This document shows positions 11,527-21,469 of a stretch of DNA of 27,105 bases, piece after piece (within the stretch, counting starts at the first letter, position 1; every line of letters begins with the position of its first letter). Position numbers and translations under genes: made by a program. The notes beneath the pieces were generated by a model that was given only the letters and a program-made list of their open reading frames with translations, did no database searches and was not told where the DNA came from. This DNA comes from Octopus sinensis (lineage: Eukaryota). Where the stretch lies: contig NW_021834055.1 in the NCBI RefSeq assembly GCF_006345805.1, positions 1 through 27,105 of the forward strand, read 5' to 3'.

Positions 11527-11579
11527 CACGTGGACCGGTTTCAGGATTGGCATTATAACCTCAGTTTCCTCAGCACGCG
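11527..11579 (-). ncRNA. Candidate minimal type I hammerhead ribozyme (stem II poorly formed)
   Basis: Minus strand reads CGCGTG-CTGAGGA-(24 nt, AGG/CCT)-GAAA-CCGG-TC^CACGTG: intact core, palindromic stem III and a 6-bp stem I with one G-U pair. Confidence 0.4.
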
Positions 11580-11686
11580 TTACCATGATGGAATGTCACA
11601 ACCCATCACGTTGAAGTCTGCGCTGCAACTGATTCGTTTCGCGCCGAAACATGGCAGCCACCAGTGTGAAAGTAATTTCAATACGG

Positions 11687-12064
11687 CGAGCTGGCAGAAA
11701 CGTTAGCACGCCTGGCGAAATGCGTAGCCGTATTGCGTCTTCCGTTACGTTCTGAGTTCAAATTCCGCCGAGGTTGACTTTGCCTTTCATTATTTCGGGG
11801 TCGATTAAATAAGTACCAGTTACGCACTGGGGTCGATGTAATCGACTTAATCCGTCTGTCTGTCCTTGTTTCCCCCCTCTGTGTTTAGCTCCTTGTGGAT
11901 AGTAAAGAAATAGGTATTTCGTCTATCTTTACGTTTTGAGTTCAAATTCCGCCTTTCATCTTTTCGGGGTCGATAAATTAAGTACCAGTTGCGTACTGAG
12001 GTCGATTTATTCGACTGGCCCCCTCCCCCAAAATTTCAGGCCTTGTGCCTAGAGTAGAAAAGAA
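11687..12064 (+). mobile_element. Dimer-type SINE family M (head, 184-bp module, terminal module) with 14-bp TSD
   Basis: taatttcaatacgg at 11673-11686 and 12065-12078. Module starts at 11730 and 11914. Confidence 0.93.
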
Positions 12065-12536
12065 TAATTTCAATACGGAGCAAATAATTCGGGAGAAATA
12101 TTATATTATTGATTCTGTTATTATCATTTTTAATTGTTACACTAGATAATAATTGAGTCAATATCTTTGCAAATATTTCTGCTGAATTATTTGCTCTGTA
12201 TTGAAATTATATATATATATATACACACATATTGGTCAAAATTCTAGACGCTTGTCTAACTGTTGCTTGCTTGCTTTATGCTTTTTTTCTTCTCATAATT
12301 ATTTTATTTTAATGTTCTCTTTAAAACTAATAGTGTGCTTTTTTAACAGAATATAACAAGTTTGAGGTTTAAAATACTCCAAAACTTATTTGTATCTCAG
12401 CTGAGACTAAAGGTATATGAAACATCGTATAAAACAAACATCATGGTAAAGGCGTTTTCTAATTGTATTTAGTAGGATAAGCTTTCGCCGCGATTATTGC
12501 ATGCATCAATTCTTCTGAGCATGGAAATGATAAAGT

Positions 12537-12640
12537 TTTTCAGTTACACAAGATTTATGATTTTAAACCACACATGAATAATTTTTTCAGCTACGCAAGA
12601 TTTATGATTCTAATCCACGCGTGAATAATTATTTCAGTTA
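12537..12640 (+). repeat. Tandem repeat, 47-bp period, ~2.2 copies
   Basis: tttcag(t/c)tac.caagatttatgatt.taa.ccac..tgaataatt repeats, with cag at 12541, 12588 and 12635. Confidence 0.9.
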
Positions 12641-13023
12641 ATTTATTTTTGTTACTTGTTTTGGAAACTGAAATCAATTTGTTGCATCTGAGATTTTCTA
12701 TCTGGTTAACCCCGGGGCTGCTTTCAGGTCATTCTTTAACTGTTATTTTATGACCTTTCCATCACTTTATGTTGGATTTTGCCGTATAACAAAGGACACT
12801 GTTTCACTGAAAAGTTATTTCACCTGAATCACGAGCAAATGTATCACTGAATAAGAGGAGCAGCTTTGGTATTTCTTTTAGCATATCGAGTTCCATTTAT
12901 AACTTCAGTGTTAGAACCCCCAAAGCGTTATACTGACAAGTTTACACGGTAAATCGGTTCCGTACAAATTGAAATCTTGTAAAACGAGTGAAATAGTTTC
13001 TAGCAATATTAATTTTAGCGATA

Positions 13024-13427
13024 AGGTGGCAAGCTAGCAGAAACATTAGCATCCCGGGCGAAATACACAGCGGTAATTTCGTCAGCCGCTACATTCTGAG
13101 TTCAAATTCCGCCGAGGTCGACTTTGCCTTTCATCCTTTCGGGGTCGATAAATTAAGTACCAGTTACGCACTGGGATCGATATAATCTACTTAATCTGTT
13201 TGTCTGTCCTTGTTTTCCTCTCTGTGTTTAGCCCCTTGTGGGTAGTAAAGAAATATGTATTTCGACTGCCGCTACGCTCTGAGTTCAAATTCCACCGAGG
13301 TCGATTTTGCCTTTCATCCTTTCGGCGTCGATAAATTAAGTACCAGTTGCGTACTGAGGTCGATCTAATCAACTGACCTCCTTCCCCAAAATTTCGGGCC
13401 TTGTTCCTAGAGTATAAAAGAATATAC
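13024..13427 (+). mobile_element. Dimer-type SINE family M with 12-bp TSD (1 mismatch)
   Basis: attttagcgata 13012-13023 / attttagtgata 13428-13439. Module starts at 13073 and 13257. Confidence 0.9.
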
Positions 13428-13515
13428 ATTTTAGTGATATTAATTAAAAAAAAATATTACAAATATTTATTGACATGGTGATAATAAATACAATTTCAAT
13501 TTGTGTTCTTTTATC

Positions 13516-13710
13516 GTTTTAATCTTTTACTTCTTTCAGTCAATGGGTTGGCGGCCTTGCTGAGGTACCGGATTGAAGGGCTAAGCCAACTGAAGAGCTA
13601 ACCCAATGAAATCGAACCCCATTACTTAATATTTTTTTCAGTCTGGTACTTGTTCTATCGGTATCTTTTCCGACGATCTAAGTTACGGTACTACAGATAT
13701 AAATGCAGCA
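13516..13710 (-). mobile_element. Old diverged SINE family C-like tail
   Basis: cttttacttctttcagtc..gcggccttgctg and ggtacttgttctatcggtatctttt..ctaagttacgg resemble the reverse tail. Confidence 0.6.
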
Positions 13711-13811
13711 ATGAAAATTAAAATCAAGTCAGTAGCGGGCCATAACAAATACTTCATAAGAGTCCTGAAAAAGTGATGACATCAACTTATATCGTTTCCT
13801 GCTAATTTCTG

Positions 13812-14525
13812 GGGGCGAGCTGGCAGAATCGCCAGCATGTCTAGCAGAATGCTTAGTGACATTTCGTCCGTTTACGTTTTGAGTTCAAATTCTATCAAGG
13901 TCAGCTTTGCCTTTCATCCTTGCAGAGTCGATAAAAGAAGTATTATTGGGTTGTCCGGAAAGTTTGTGCCGATTTTTAAAGGAAAGAAACAGGTCAATAA
14001 ATATTTGCCATTACGTTTTTAATCAACCAAATATGAACCATTTTGTTGCACAATGTGTCTCCATCTTTCCTTTAACTTGAAAATGTGGTGGTTTCATGGC
14101 AAAGAATTCATCAAAGTATTTTTTATGTACTCCAAGGAATTGAAATTTTTTCCATTAAGACTATTTTACAGAGACCTGAATAAGTGGAAATCCGAAGGAG
14201 CAATATCTGGTGAATATGGAGGGTGGGGTAACACATCCCAGCCAAGCTGCAGCAATTTTTGTCTGGTTCCCAAAGCATCGAGTGCTGAAAATGAACTTTC
14301 TTATATTCCATTTTAAAGGGTTACAAAATTAACACAGGTTATAGGAACATAAATCTTCTTCCAAGAAAAGATAGCTTAAACTGTGCTCTAAATGGAGGTG
14401 TACTCAAATCCTATTTTATGGACTCATCCATGTTCTAAAATAAGTCGAAAGGTAAGCTACTATAAATCGGCACGAACTTTCCGGACAACCCAATAGTTGA
14501 GCACTGGGGTCGTTATAATCGACTC
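13812..14525 (+). mobile_element. SINE family M split by a mariner insertion (13812-13945 and 14496-14525)
   Basis: The head and core stop at aagtatTA. The SINE resumes as gttgagcactggggtcg after the right TIR. Confidence 0.85.
13946..14493 (-). mobile_element. Internally deleted mariner (548 bp) with intact TIRs and TA TSD
   Basis: TA-TTGGGTTGTCCGGAAAGTTTGTGCCGATTT ... AAATCGGCACGAACTTTCCGGACAACCCAA-TA. The minus strand encodes LGWDVLPHPPYSPDIAPSDFHLFRSL. Confidence 0.95.
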
Positions 14526-14529
14526 AAAC

Positions 14530-15115
14530 TCCATCCCGCGAACTTGCTGTCATATCTGTTATGTCAGTTTTTCAAATGGGAAATAAGTTGCACACAGTGA
14601 ATTACCATCCGATTTCAAAAACTTTTCATACCATTAACATCTCCGAGAGGGAAGTGAAATAAAAAATATCTGCCTTCCTAGAAAAGAAAATCATCTCCTT
14701 AGATCCCAAACAACATGTTTTTTGTGATAGTAGAGACTGCCTAACACACTGCACCACTTTTAAATGATATTGGAGGGGGGGGGGTGCATCACTGATGTAT
14801 TTTATCTTGTCTTCAGCAGATATAAAGAAGGTCGTCCAGAGCATACTTCTCAAAATAATTATCCAAGTTTGAAGTCCGTGGAAAGCTAATGTCATGAATT
14901 ATGTGTTTCGCAACAAATGGAATCCAACATGATGCCGTGGTCGACAGAATTCACGCAAAACCAGAAAATGCTGTCAGTGGTGTTTGCCAGGATAGTCTGT
15001 TAAGCCTACTTCTCTATCTCATTTGCGGAAATATCTTAGCAAAATTCATGATATAGTTAAACAAAAGTTTTTTGCAGATGACGCTAAGCTCTAGAAAGTA
15101 ATCAAAGGAGTGTAA
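14530..15115 (+). pseudogene. CR1-clade LINE reverse transcriptase relic
   Basis: Ordered motifs NYHPIS, FLEKK, QHVF..SRDCLTH, DVFYL.FS, RGKLMS*I..F, VSGVCQDSLL.LLLYLI and FADDAKL (15071) match the CR1 motifs NYRPIS, QHGF..GRSCLTN, DVIYLDFS, SGVPQGSVLGP and FADD. Confidence 0.85.
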
Positions 15116-15261
15116 AACTGAACCAAATTTCAGTCCGAGTTTCGATGAGAGGGGAGAAAAAAAAAACATACGAAATGAAGGAAAAAAAAAAATTTCTCCT
15201 CTTTGGAAAAGAGAATATACTGAAGCAGTCATAATACCTTTCCTATATAATATGTATATAC

Positions 15262-15516
15262 ATGTTGTGTATGTTTATACACCTATCTTCGACTTTTGTT
15301 TTTCCTGTAAATTTCAACTATATATATCTATCGCCATGATAGATTGTTAGCCACTACACACATTTTTCTTCTCTTCTTGTTTTTTTCTTTGTCCCTTTCT
15401 GTAGAAGAGCGTAGGCTCGAAACGTAAAAGACTTTTTCTATTCCTGAGCGTTATACTAACATATCTGTTTGTTTTCTACAACACCTGTCTTCGTCTTTTG
15501 TTGTTTTCGTAAACTC

Positions 15517-15520
<4 letters not shown>
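15262..15520 (+). mobile_element. Non-autonomous hammerhead-bearing (PLE pLTR-like) element in partial tandem (15262-15325 partial 3' end, 15343-15520 full)
   Basis: cacct.tcttcg.cttttgtt..t..gtaaa.t..cactatatat occurs twice. A hammerhead-like motif lies at 15391-15432. Confidence 0.65.
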
Positions 15521-15559
<39 letters not shown>

Positions 15560-15658
15560 CAAAAATGAGGGTGAAAAAAATAGATATTAATTTAATAATA
15601 CCACTATTTTAACACCAAGCGATCTAGCACCATAAACCGGGGAGACAATACATATTTA

Positions 15659-16048
15659 TCCGTAAATATAAGAGAGTTAACTTTACATAGGTTAACTCTA
15701 GTGCTAGAAATAGCTCCTCCGGTATAATCGTCGACGATAGCTCCACATAGAAATAGCACTACTCTCAACTTAAGGAAAGTGAAATACAACTAAAAAATTG
15801 ATTAATGTTGTACAATTGTTTCTTTATCAACATAATATACAAATTATACTCACATATTCGTCTATAAATCTTCAGCAACATTGTCATAGATGCAATTTAT
15901 CAGACCCACACAGGCAACAATTACCCATGTTTCCTTAAGTTGAGAGTAGTGCTATTTCTATGTGGAGCTATCGTCGCGATTATACCGGAGGAGCTATTTC
16001 TAGCACTAGAGTTAACCTATGTAAAGTTAACTCTCTTATATTTACGGA
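15659..16048. mobile_element. MITE-like element, ~120-bp near-perfect TIRs, 151-bp spacer, TA on both sides
   Basis: 15657-15778 is the reverse complement of 15930-16050 except for a 1-nt indel. Confidence 0.85.
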
Positions 16049-16049
16049 T

Positions 16050-16083
16050 ATATATATATATATATAGATATATATATTATATA

Positions 16084-16136
<53 letters not shown>

Positions 16137-16160
16137 TAATAATAATAATAATAATATAAA
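16050..16160. repeat. (TA)n followed by (AAT)n
   Basis: Direct inspection. Confidence 0.95.
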
Positions 16161-16382
16161 GAGCTACGATGCATTCTCGTCGGCTACTAATGGCAATAGA
16201 CGCCACGAAAAACCGTTGAATAAAAGGGAATTTACTCAAATAGGTAGAAAAAGCAAAAAAGAAAAAAGATAAAAAAATAAACGCAACCATATTCTCACAA
16301 TACATAGACATAAACCTCCTGCGTTCATAATGTCTACATACGTACACACTCACACAAACATTTTTACCCACACACGCACACA

Positions 16383-16424
<42 letters not shown>

Positions 16425-16631
16425 CAGACAGCCACTAAAAAGGAAAATGTTCCTTGTATTTGAAAATAATGGAAATATTTTGAAAAAAACATTTCATTTA
16501 ATGCTTCCACAATATAATTGTCTTTCATGCTTTATTCTAAGTTGTTAAAGTCGCAATGTCTGAAACCGGTACTAAAATGTTCTTCATGATAAAATTATTT
16601 TAGCATTTTCTACCTTGTCTTATTTTCCTTA

Positions 16632-16696
<65 letters not shown>

Positions 16697-16876
16697 GTGA
16701 AAAATTCACAAAAAAAACAAAAGACGAAAACAGGTGGTGTAAACAACAAACAGATGTATTAGTTTGACGCTCGGGAAGTGAAACAGTCTTTAACGTTTTG
16801 AGCCTACGCTCTTCCACGAAAAGGAACACAGAAAGAAACAAGGAGAGAAAATAAAGAATGTGTAGTGGCTAGCAAT
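16697..16876 (-). mobile_element. Second copy of the hammerhead-bearing element, inverted
   Basis: Reverse complement reads ..gtggaagagcgtaggctcaaaacgttaaagac..ttcccgagcg.., homologous to 15343-15520. Confidence 0.7.
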
Positions 16877-16946
16877 TATATATAAATATGTGTGTGTGTG
16901 TGTGGGGGGGGTGTGTGTATGTGTGGGTGTGGGTGTGTGTGTGTGT

Positions 16947-17160
16947 GAGGTGAACTGGCAGAATCGTTAAAACGCCGGACAAGTGTTTAGCGGTACTTCA
17001 TCCGTCTTTAGGTTCTGAGTTCGTGTTCCTCCGAGGTCGACTTTGCTTTTCATCCCTTTAAGGGTTGCTAAAATAAGTAGCAATTAAGCACTGGGGCCGA
17101 TGTATCTGACTGACCTCACTCCCTTGAACTTACTGTGTTTATGCCAAAATTTCAAACCAG
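16947..17160 (+). mobile_element. Diverged monomer SINE family M
   Basis: Head gaactggcagaatcgttaa, core gaggtcgactttgcttttcatcc. Confidence 0.8.
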
Positions 17161-17167
17161 TGTTATA

Positions 17168-17203
17168 CGCAGGAGTAGCTGTGTGATAAGTAGCTTGCTT
17201 ACC
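17168..17203 (+). mobile_element. 5' part of a SINE family C head, interrupted by the 17204-19746 insertion
   Basis: gcaggagtagctgtgtgataagtagcttgcttacc; the sequence continues at 19747. Confidence 0.9.
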
Positions 17204-17751
17204 TCATTGACACTGAAGCTGTAAGACGTGTTTTTGAAGCCGTCTTAAATTGAAGATTTTTGAAACTCAGCTGTAAAGTAAGATTTTGGGGGGTTTAGTG
17301 GGGACCTGTTGTCTGCTGCAATTATTTTTACAAACAAGAAGTCCTCACTGGATTCTAGTCTGCCTGAGGCGAAGTGAATTTTTTTTTTACTTAATTGTGA
17401 AAATTATTGGTTGGTGGGCGTATCTTGCCGCAAAATTTTGTTTGAAAACAGTGGGAATTTTTAGAAAAATTTCAACAATATTGTTCCTGTCAACGAGTAC
17501 CTATGAGAAGAAAATTGGAATGATTTTTAACTGTTTAAAAATAGCATTAAAATTTGGGCCTGGAGTACCGAGTGGCCTTTGCTGTGTTTTCAACTGTTGC
17601 TCTCTCTTCATCTATCTTTTATGTTTTAAACATTTTTTTATTGAACTGTTTATTTTTTCTTTCCTTCCTTTTTGTTTGGACTTTTTTCTCTTCCTTCTTT
17701 TTTCTTAATTATTTTGTATTTTTAGAACTGTATTTTGGACTTTAAAAAAAC

Positions 17752-19088
17752 ATGGCAAATAACAATGGAAAGTTGGTGGAGTGGGAAATCACACCACCCA
17801 AAAGATGGTTAAAAGAACTTGAAAGTAAGACGGTGGTTTTGAGGACCTACTCTAGGACCCTCAGCGCCATTGCCGTTTTCAGAAAGGATATAATCGAAAG
17901 AGAGCTGGCAGAATTTAAGCCAGCGATTAAGTTTATCTCTCGGGGGGTCAAATATGCAACCGTGTGGTTGCTGCTTGACTCCCCAGAAGTGGCTTGTGAA
18001 TTTGCGAGCAAGCACCTGGAGGGCAATGAAATTTTGTTTCTTCCCGCTTATTGTGGGAAGAAATTGACGAGGGCTTGGGTTTGCGGCTTGCCACCCGGAG
18101 TAGAGCCCGAGTAGATAGGAGATACAATCCGCCGGGGTTTGGGTAGCAGTAGCAGCAAGCTCCTCAACGTAGATATTCTGCCTGCGGCTGACTGGGAGGG
18201 GAAAAAACTGTTTTGACCCTATAGACCCAGTCAGCCGAAAGTCTGGTATTTCCAGACTTTTTGAGAATGGCCGGGTCAAGGTATCCGGTGATGTTTGAGG
18301 GACACCCCCTCCCCAAGTGTCATCGGTGCCTCTTGGCCATATAAAAAAGAACTGTCCTCAAGGGCAAAGCAAAGTCCTAGAGCGGTTAACGGAGACCTCT
18401 GTAGAGGAGGGAATGAAGGCGGCCGAGGAGACGGAGGACTCCTCAAAGAATATCCGCAAAATGATTAAGGGGAGCAATAATGGGTGCTCACTGAAGAATC
18501 CTGGGGATGAGGGAGGGGAGGTGAATCTCCCGGTCAGGGAGGAGACGCACCCTTCCCAGTCGAGAAGAAAAAGAAGAGGAAGGGGAGGAGAAACGGGACA
18601 TTGCCGGCAGTCGGAGATATGGCGCCGGAGTGTCCCGGAGCCTCGTCGGCTGTGCCACCGGCGGGGGGCGGGGGAGACACCCTTGACGGGAATTGTGCTG
18701 CCAACGGTAGAATTGACATCCTTGAACTCGGAGGACGAAGAACTGTTGGTCTTCTTTTATAGAGGCGGAGAGGTGGAAATGGTAGTGGAAGAACACTACG
18801 AGGGAGTACCTTTGGCCTTCACACGGGATCCCGAATGGTCACCGCAGATAGCAGATAGTTGTGGAGGTCATAACGTTGCGCGTGTTACAAAGGCTGAAAG
18901 GACTAAAAGAGGAATATCGCTCGTGGATGGGTGACGCCAAATCGGAGCCCGCCTTGATTTTAAAGCAAGTATGGGAGATGGTGGGGTACACGGACACAAG
19001 CGATGATGAGGTGGAAAGCCTCAGTGTTATAATGTGTAAGAGGCTCAGCGCCTCATTTGTAAATGGACTAGTGTTGATTGTATATTGA
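17752..19088 (+). pseudogene. Disrupted Tx1-like ORF1 (gag-like, CCHC zinc knuckle)
   Basis: MANNNG...VCGLPPGVEPE*IG (probable TGG>TAG), then with frameshifts FPDFLRMAGSRYPVMFEGHPLPKCHRC/LGHIKKNCP (18318-18355) and an acidic/basic low-complexity tail. Confidence 0.75.
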
Positions 19089-19109
19089 ATATTTTATTGT
19101 ATGTTATAG

Positions 19110-19487
19110 GAGGCGCAATGGCCCAGTGGTTAGGGCAGCGGACTCGCGGTCATAGGATCGCGGTTTCGATTCCCAGACCGAGCGTTGTGAGTGTTTATTG
19201 AGCGAAAACACCTAAAAGCACCACGAGGCTCCGGCAGGGATGGGGGTGATCCCTGCTGTACTCTTTCACACCCCACTTTCTCTCACTCTTACTTCCGTTT
19301 CTGTTTTACCTGTATTTCAAAGGGCCGGCCTTGTCACTCTCTGTGTCACGCTGAATATCCCCGAGAACTACGTTAAGGGTACACGTGTCTGTGGAGTGCT
19401 CAGCCACTTACGCGTTAATTTCACGAGCAGGCTGTTCCGTTGATTCGGATCAACCGGAACCCTCATCGTCGTAACCTCATCCCCCTC
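19110..19487 (+). mobile_element. Full-length tRNA-derived SINE family T with 12-bp TSD
   Basis: A box TGGCCCAGTGG, B box GGTTTCGATTCC; tgtatgttatag at 19098-19109 and 19488-19499. Confidence 0.93.
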
Positions 19488-19746
19488 TGTATGTTATAGC
19501 ATGTCATTATTTGTAATGGATTATTAAGTCCAATAATTGCAAAAACTGTAGTGAGCGGTTCAATACCTCGTTTAGTTTTTTATGTTGAAAAAAAAAAAGA
19601 ATAATGTTTTAGAGAAGCAAAACGGCGGGCGTTCTTTGTCTTCTCCCATCAATATCATCTTTTTTTCATCATTCACTTCATCAATGTGTGTGTCCAGCCC
19701 GCAAGCTAATCTTTGCAATGCCTTTATGGCAAATCGTAATGAAATA

Positions 19747-20105
19747 AAGTAGCTTGCTTACCAACCACATGTTTCCAGGTTCAATCCCACTGCGTGGCAC
19801 TTTGGACAAGTGTTTTCTACTATATCCTCGGGCCGACCAAAGCCTTGTGAGTGAATTTGGTAGACGGAAACTGAAAGAAACCCGTCGCATATACATGTGT
19901 ATAAGTTTGTGTGTTTTTGTCCCTTCACTGTCGCTTGACAACCGATGCTGGTGTTACATCCCCGTAACTTAGCGGTTCGGCAAAAGAAACGGAAAGAATA
20001 AGTACTAGGCTTACAAAGAATAACTCCTGGGGTCGATTTGTTCGACTAAAGGCGGTGCTCCAGTATAGCCCCAGTCAAATGACTGAAACATTTAAAAGAG
20101 TAAAA
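19747..20105 (+). mobile_element. Remainder of the interrupted SINE family C
   Basis: Continues the head exactly where 17203 stops, then CORE-like domain and tail. Confidence 0.92.
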
Positions 20106-20269
20106 GAGTGGCTGTGTGGTAAGTAGCTTGCTTACCAACCACATGCTTCCGGGTTCAGTTCCACTGCGTGGCACCCTGGGCAAGTGTCTTCTACTATAGC
20201 CTCGGGCCAACCAAAGCCTTGTGAGTGGATTTGTAGACGGAAACTGAAAGAAGCCCGTCGTATATATGT

Positions 20270-20301
<32 letters not shown>

Positions 20302-20640
20302 CTTGGTTTTCGCAGGAAGGAAAGTTTCTTGTCGAAGATACGTCTCGCTTTTATCCTTCGAAACGTAGAGTAGATGAAACCTTTAGCGACTGAAGAAGGG
20401 GTTTTTTCTTTGTGTTAATTGTCCTGTACTCTATTTCTTTGCTGTTTTTTAAAAAAATGCCCAGTTCCTTTGGTTTGTGTCTATGTTTTCGTTTCTCATT
20501 GTGTTCGACGTCCTTTTGGTGTCCTGTACTCATATATACGTGTATATGTACATGTAGAGGTAGGTACGTACATATATGTTTATATATATATGCATATGTT
20601 TTATTTTATTTATTAATAACTTGTCCAATAACTTGTCCAA

Positions 20641-20706
20641 CAGCGGTGGTGCCCCAGCATGGCCGCGGCCTTCGGGCTAAAACATTTTTAACGATTTAAC
20701 GATTTA
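20641..20706 (+). mobile_element. Short 5'-truncated retroposon tail with (TTTAACGA)n end; related tail at 25331-25405 with (AAAAT)n
   Basis: gcggtg.(.)ccccagcatggcc is shared with the SINE C tail, but the terminus differs. Confidence 0.6.
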
Positions 20707-20726
20707 ATATATATATATATATATAT

Positions 20727-20836
20727 ATTATATAAAAGGGCTTAGTAAAATAAATTACTTTGCCGCATACTGAACTCATTAGAAATGAGTTCAGTATGCG
20801 GCAAAGTAATTATTTTACTAAGCCCTTTTATATAAT
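20727..20836. repeat. Near-perfect palindrome: 54/53-bp arms, 3-nt loop (AGA), one bulged A
   Basis: attatataaaagggcttagtaaaata(a)attactttgccgcatactgaactcatt-aga-reverse complement. Confidence 0.95.
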
Positions 20837-21469
20837 GTAATAATTTGAATTCGCCTTGAATGGTCCCTTTGCATACTGAACACTTGGTGAAATTGATTAA
20901 TAATTAATTAATTTTGCCCTCAATTGTTGAAATTATATATATATATATATATAATATATATATCTACGTGTGTGTATATGTGTGTCTGTGTTTGTCCGCC
21001 CCCCACATCGCTTGACAACCGATGCTGGTGTGTTTACGTCCCCGTAACTTAGCGTTTCGGCAAAAGAGACCGATAGAATAAGTACTAGGCTTACAAAGAA
21101 TAAGTTCTGGGGATCGATTTGCTCGACTAAAGGCGGTGTTCCAGCATGGCCACAGTCAAATAACTGAAACAAGTAAAAGAATAAAAGAGTACATTTAACA
21201 TTTATATATATTCACACATATATTAACACACACACACACACAACGCACACTTACACACACACTGACACACACACAATGACACACACAGGTATAAAGGGTC
21301 AATGACTGGGCAAAGAGGGGTGCTGTCAGATGCCAATCAACCGCGCGGAGACGATGAGTGGTAAGAAAGGGTTCATCCACCTAACCCAGTAACCAGGCAG
21401 AATTTAGTGAGGAACGCCTCAGGTGTGGCCGGCCGAAAGTACTTTTGTATGATGTATGAGTGTCTGTGA

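Larger units (their letters stand above)
17204..19746 (+). mobile_element. ORF1-only L1/Tx1-like non-LTR retroelement with 16-bp TSD
   Basis: aagtagcttgcttacc at 17188-17203 and 19747-19762. ~550-bp 5' UTR, broken ORF1, 3' end ...taatgaaataa. No APE or RT motifs seen. Confidence 0.8.
20106..21190 (+). mobile_element. SINE family C with its halves (20106-20260, ~20965-21190) separated by ~700 bp at the internal microsatellite
   Basis: The head/CORE half and the tail half are collinear with the intact copy at 4830-5238. Confidence 0.7.

Noticed and set aside
12350-12412. 63-nt + strand exon candidate (NITSLRFKILQNLFVSQLRLK)
   Set aside because: Weak donor (gtatat), phase incompatible with 8578-8682, and no recognisable homology; kept only as a long shot.
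16555-16580. GAAACCGGTA hammerhead half
   Set aside because: No CUGAnGA or stem II upstream.
17286-17745. Hydrophobic ORFs suggesting a membrane protein
   Set aside because: T-rich 5' UTR of the retroelement; no ATG start and a low-complexity F/L bias.
17809-18796. Minus-strand ORFs (156, 102 and 61 aa)
   Set aside because: Antisense shadows of the GC-richer ORF1 region.
19110-19190. tRNA genes (A/B boxes here and at 4830, 24418)
   Set aside because: These are SINE heads followed by SINE bodies and TSDs; I could not build a full cloverleaf.
20355-20401. Permuted (type II) hammerhead: CCTTC-GAAACGTA ... CTGAAGA-AGGGG
   Set aside because: Both core halves are present, but no stem I forms between them.
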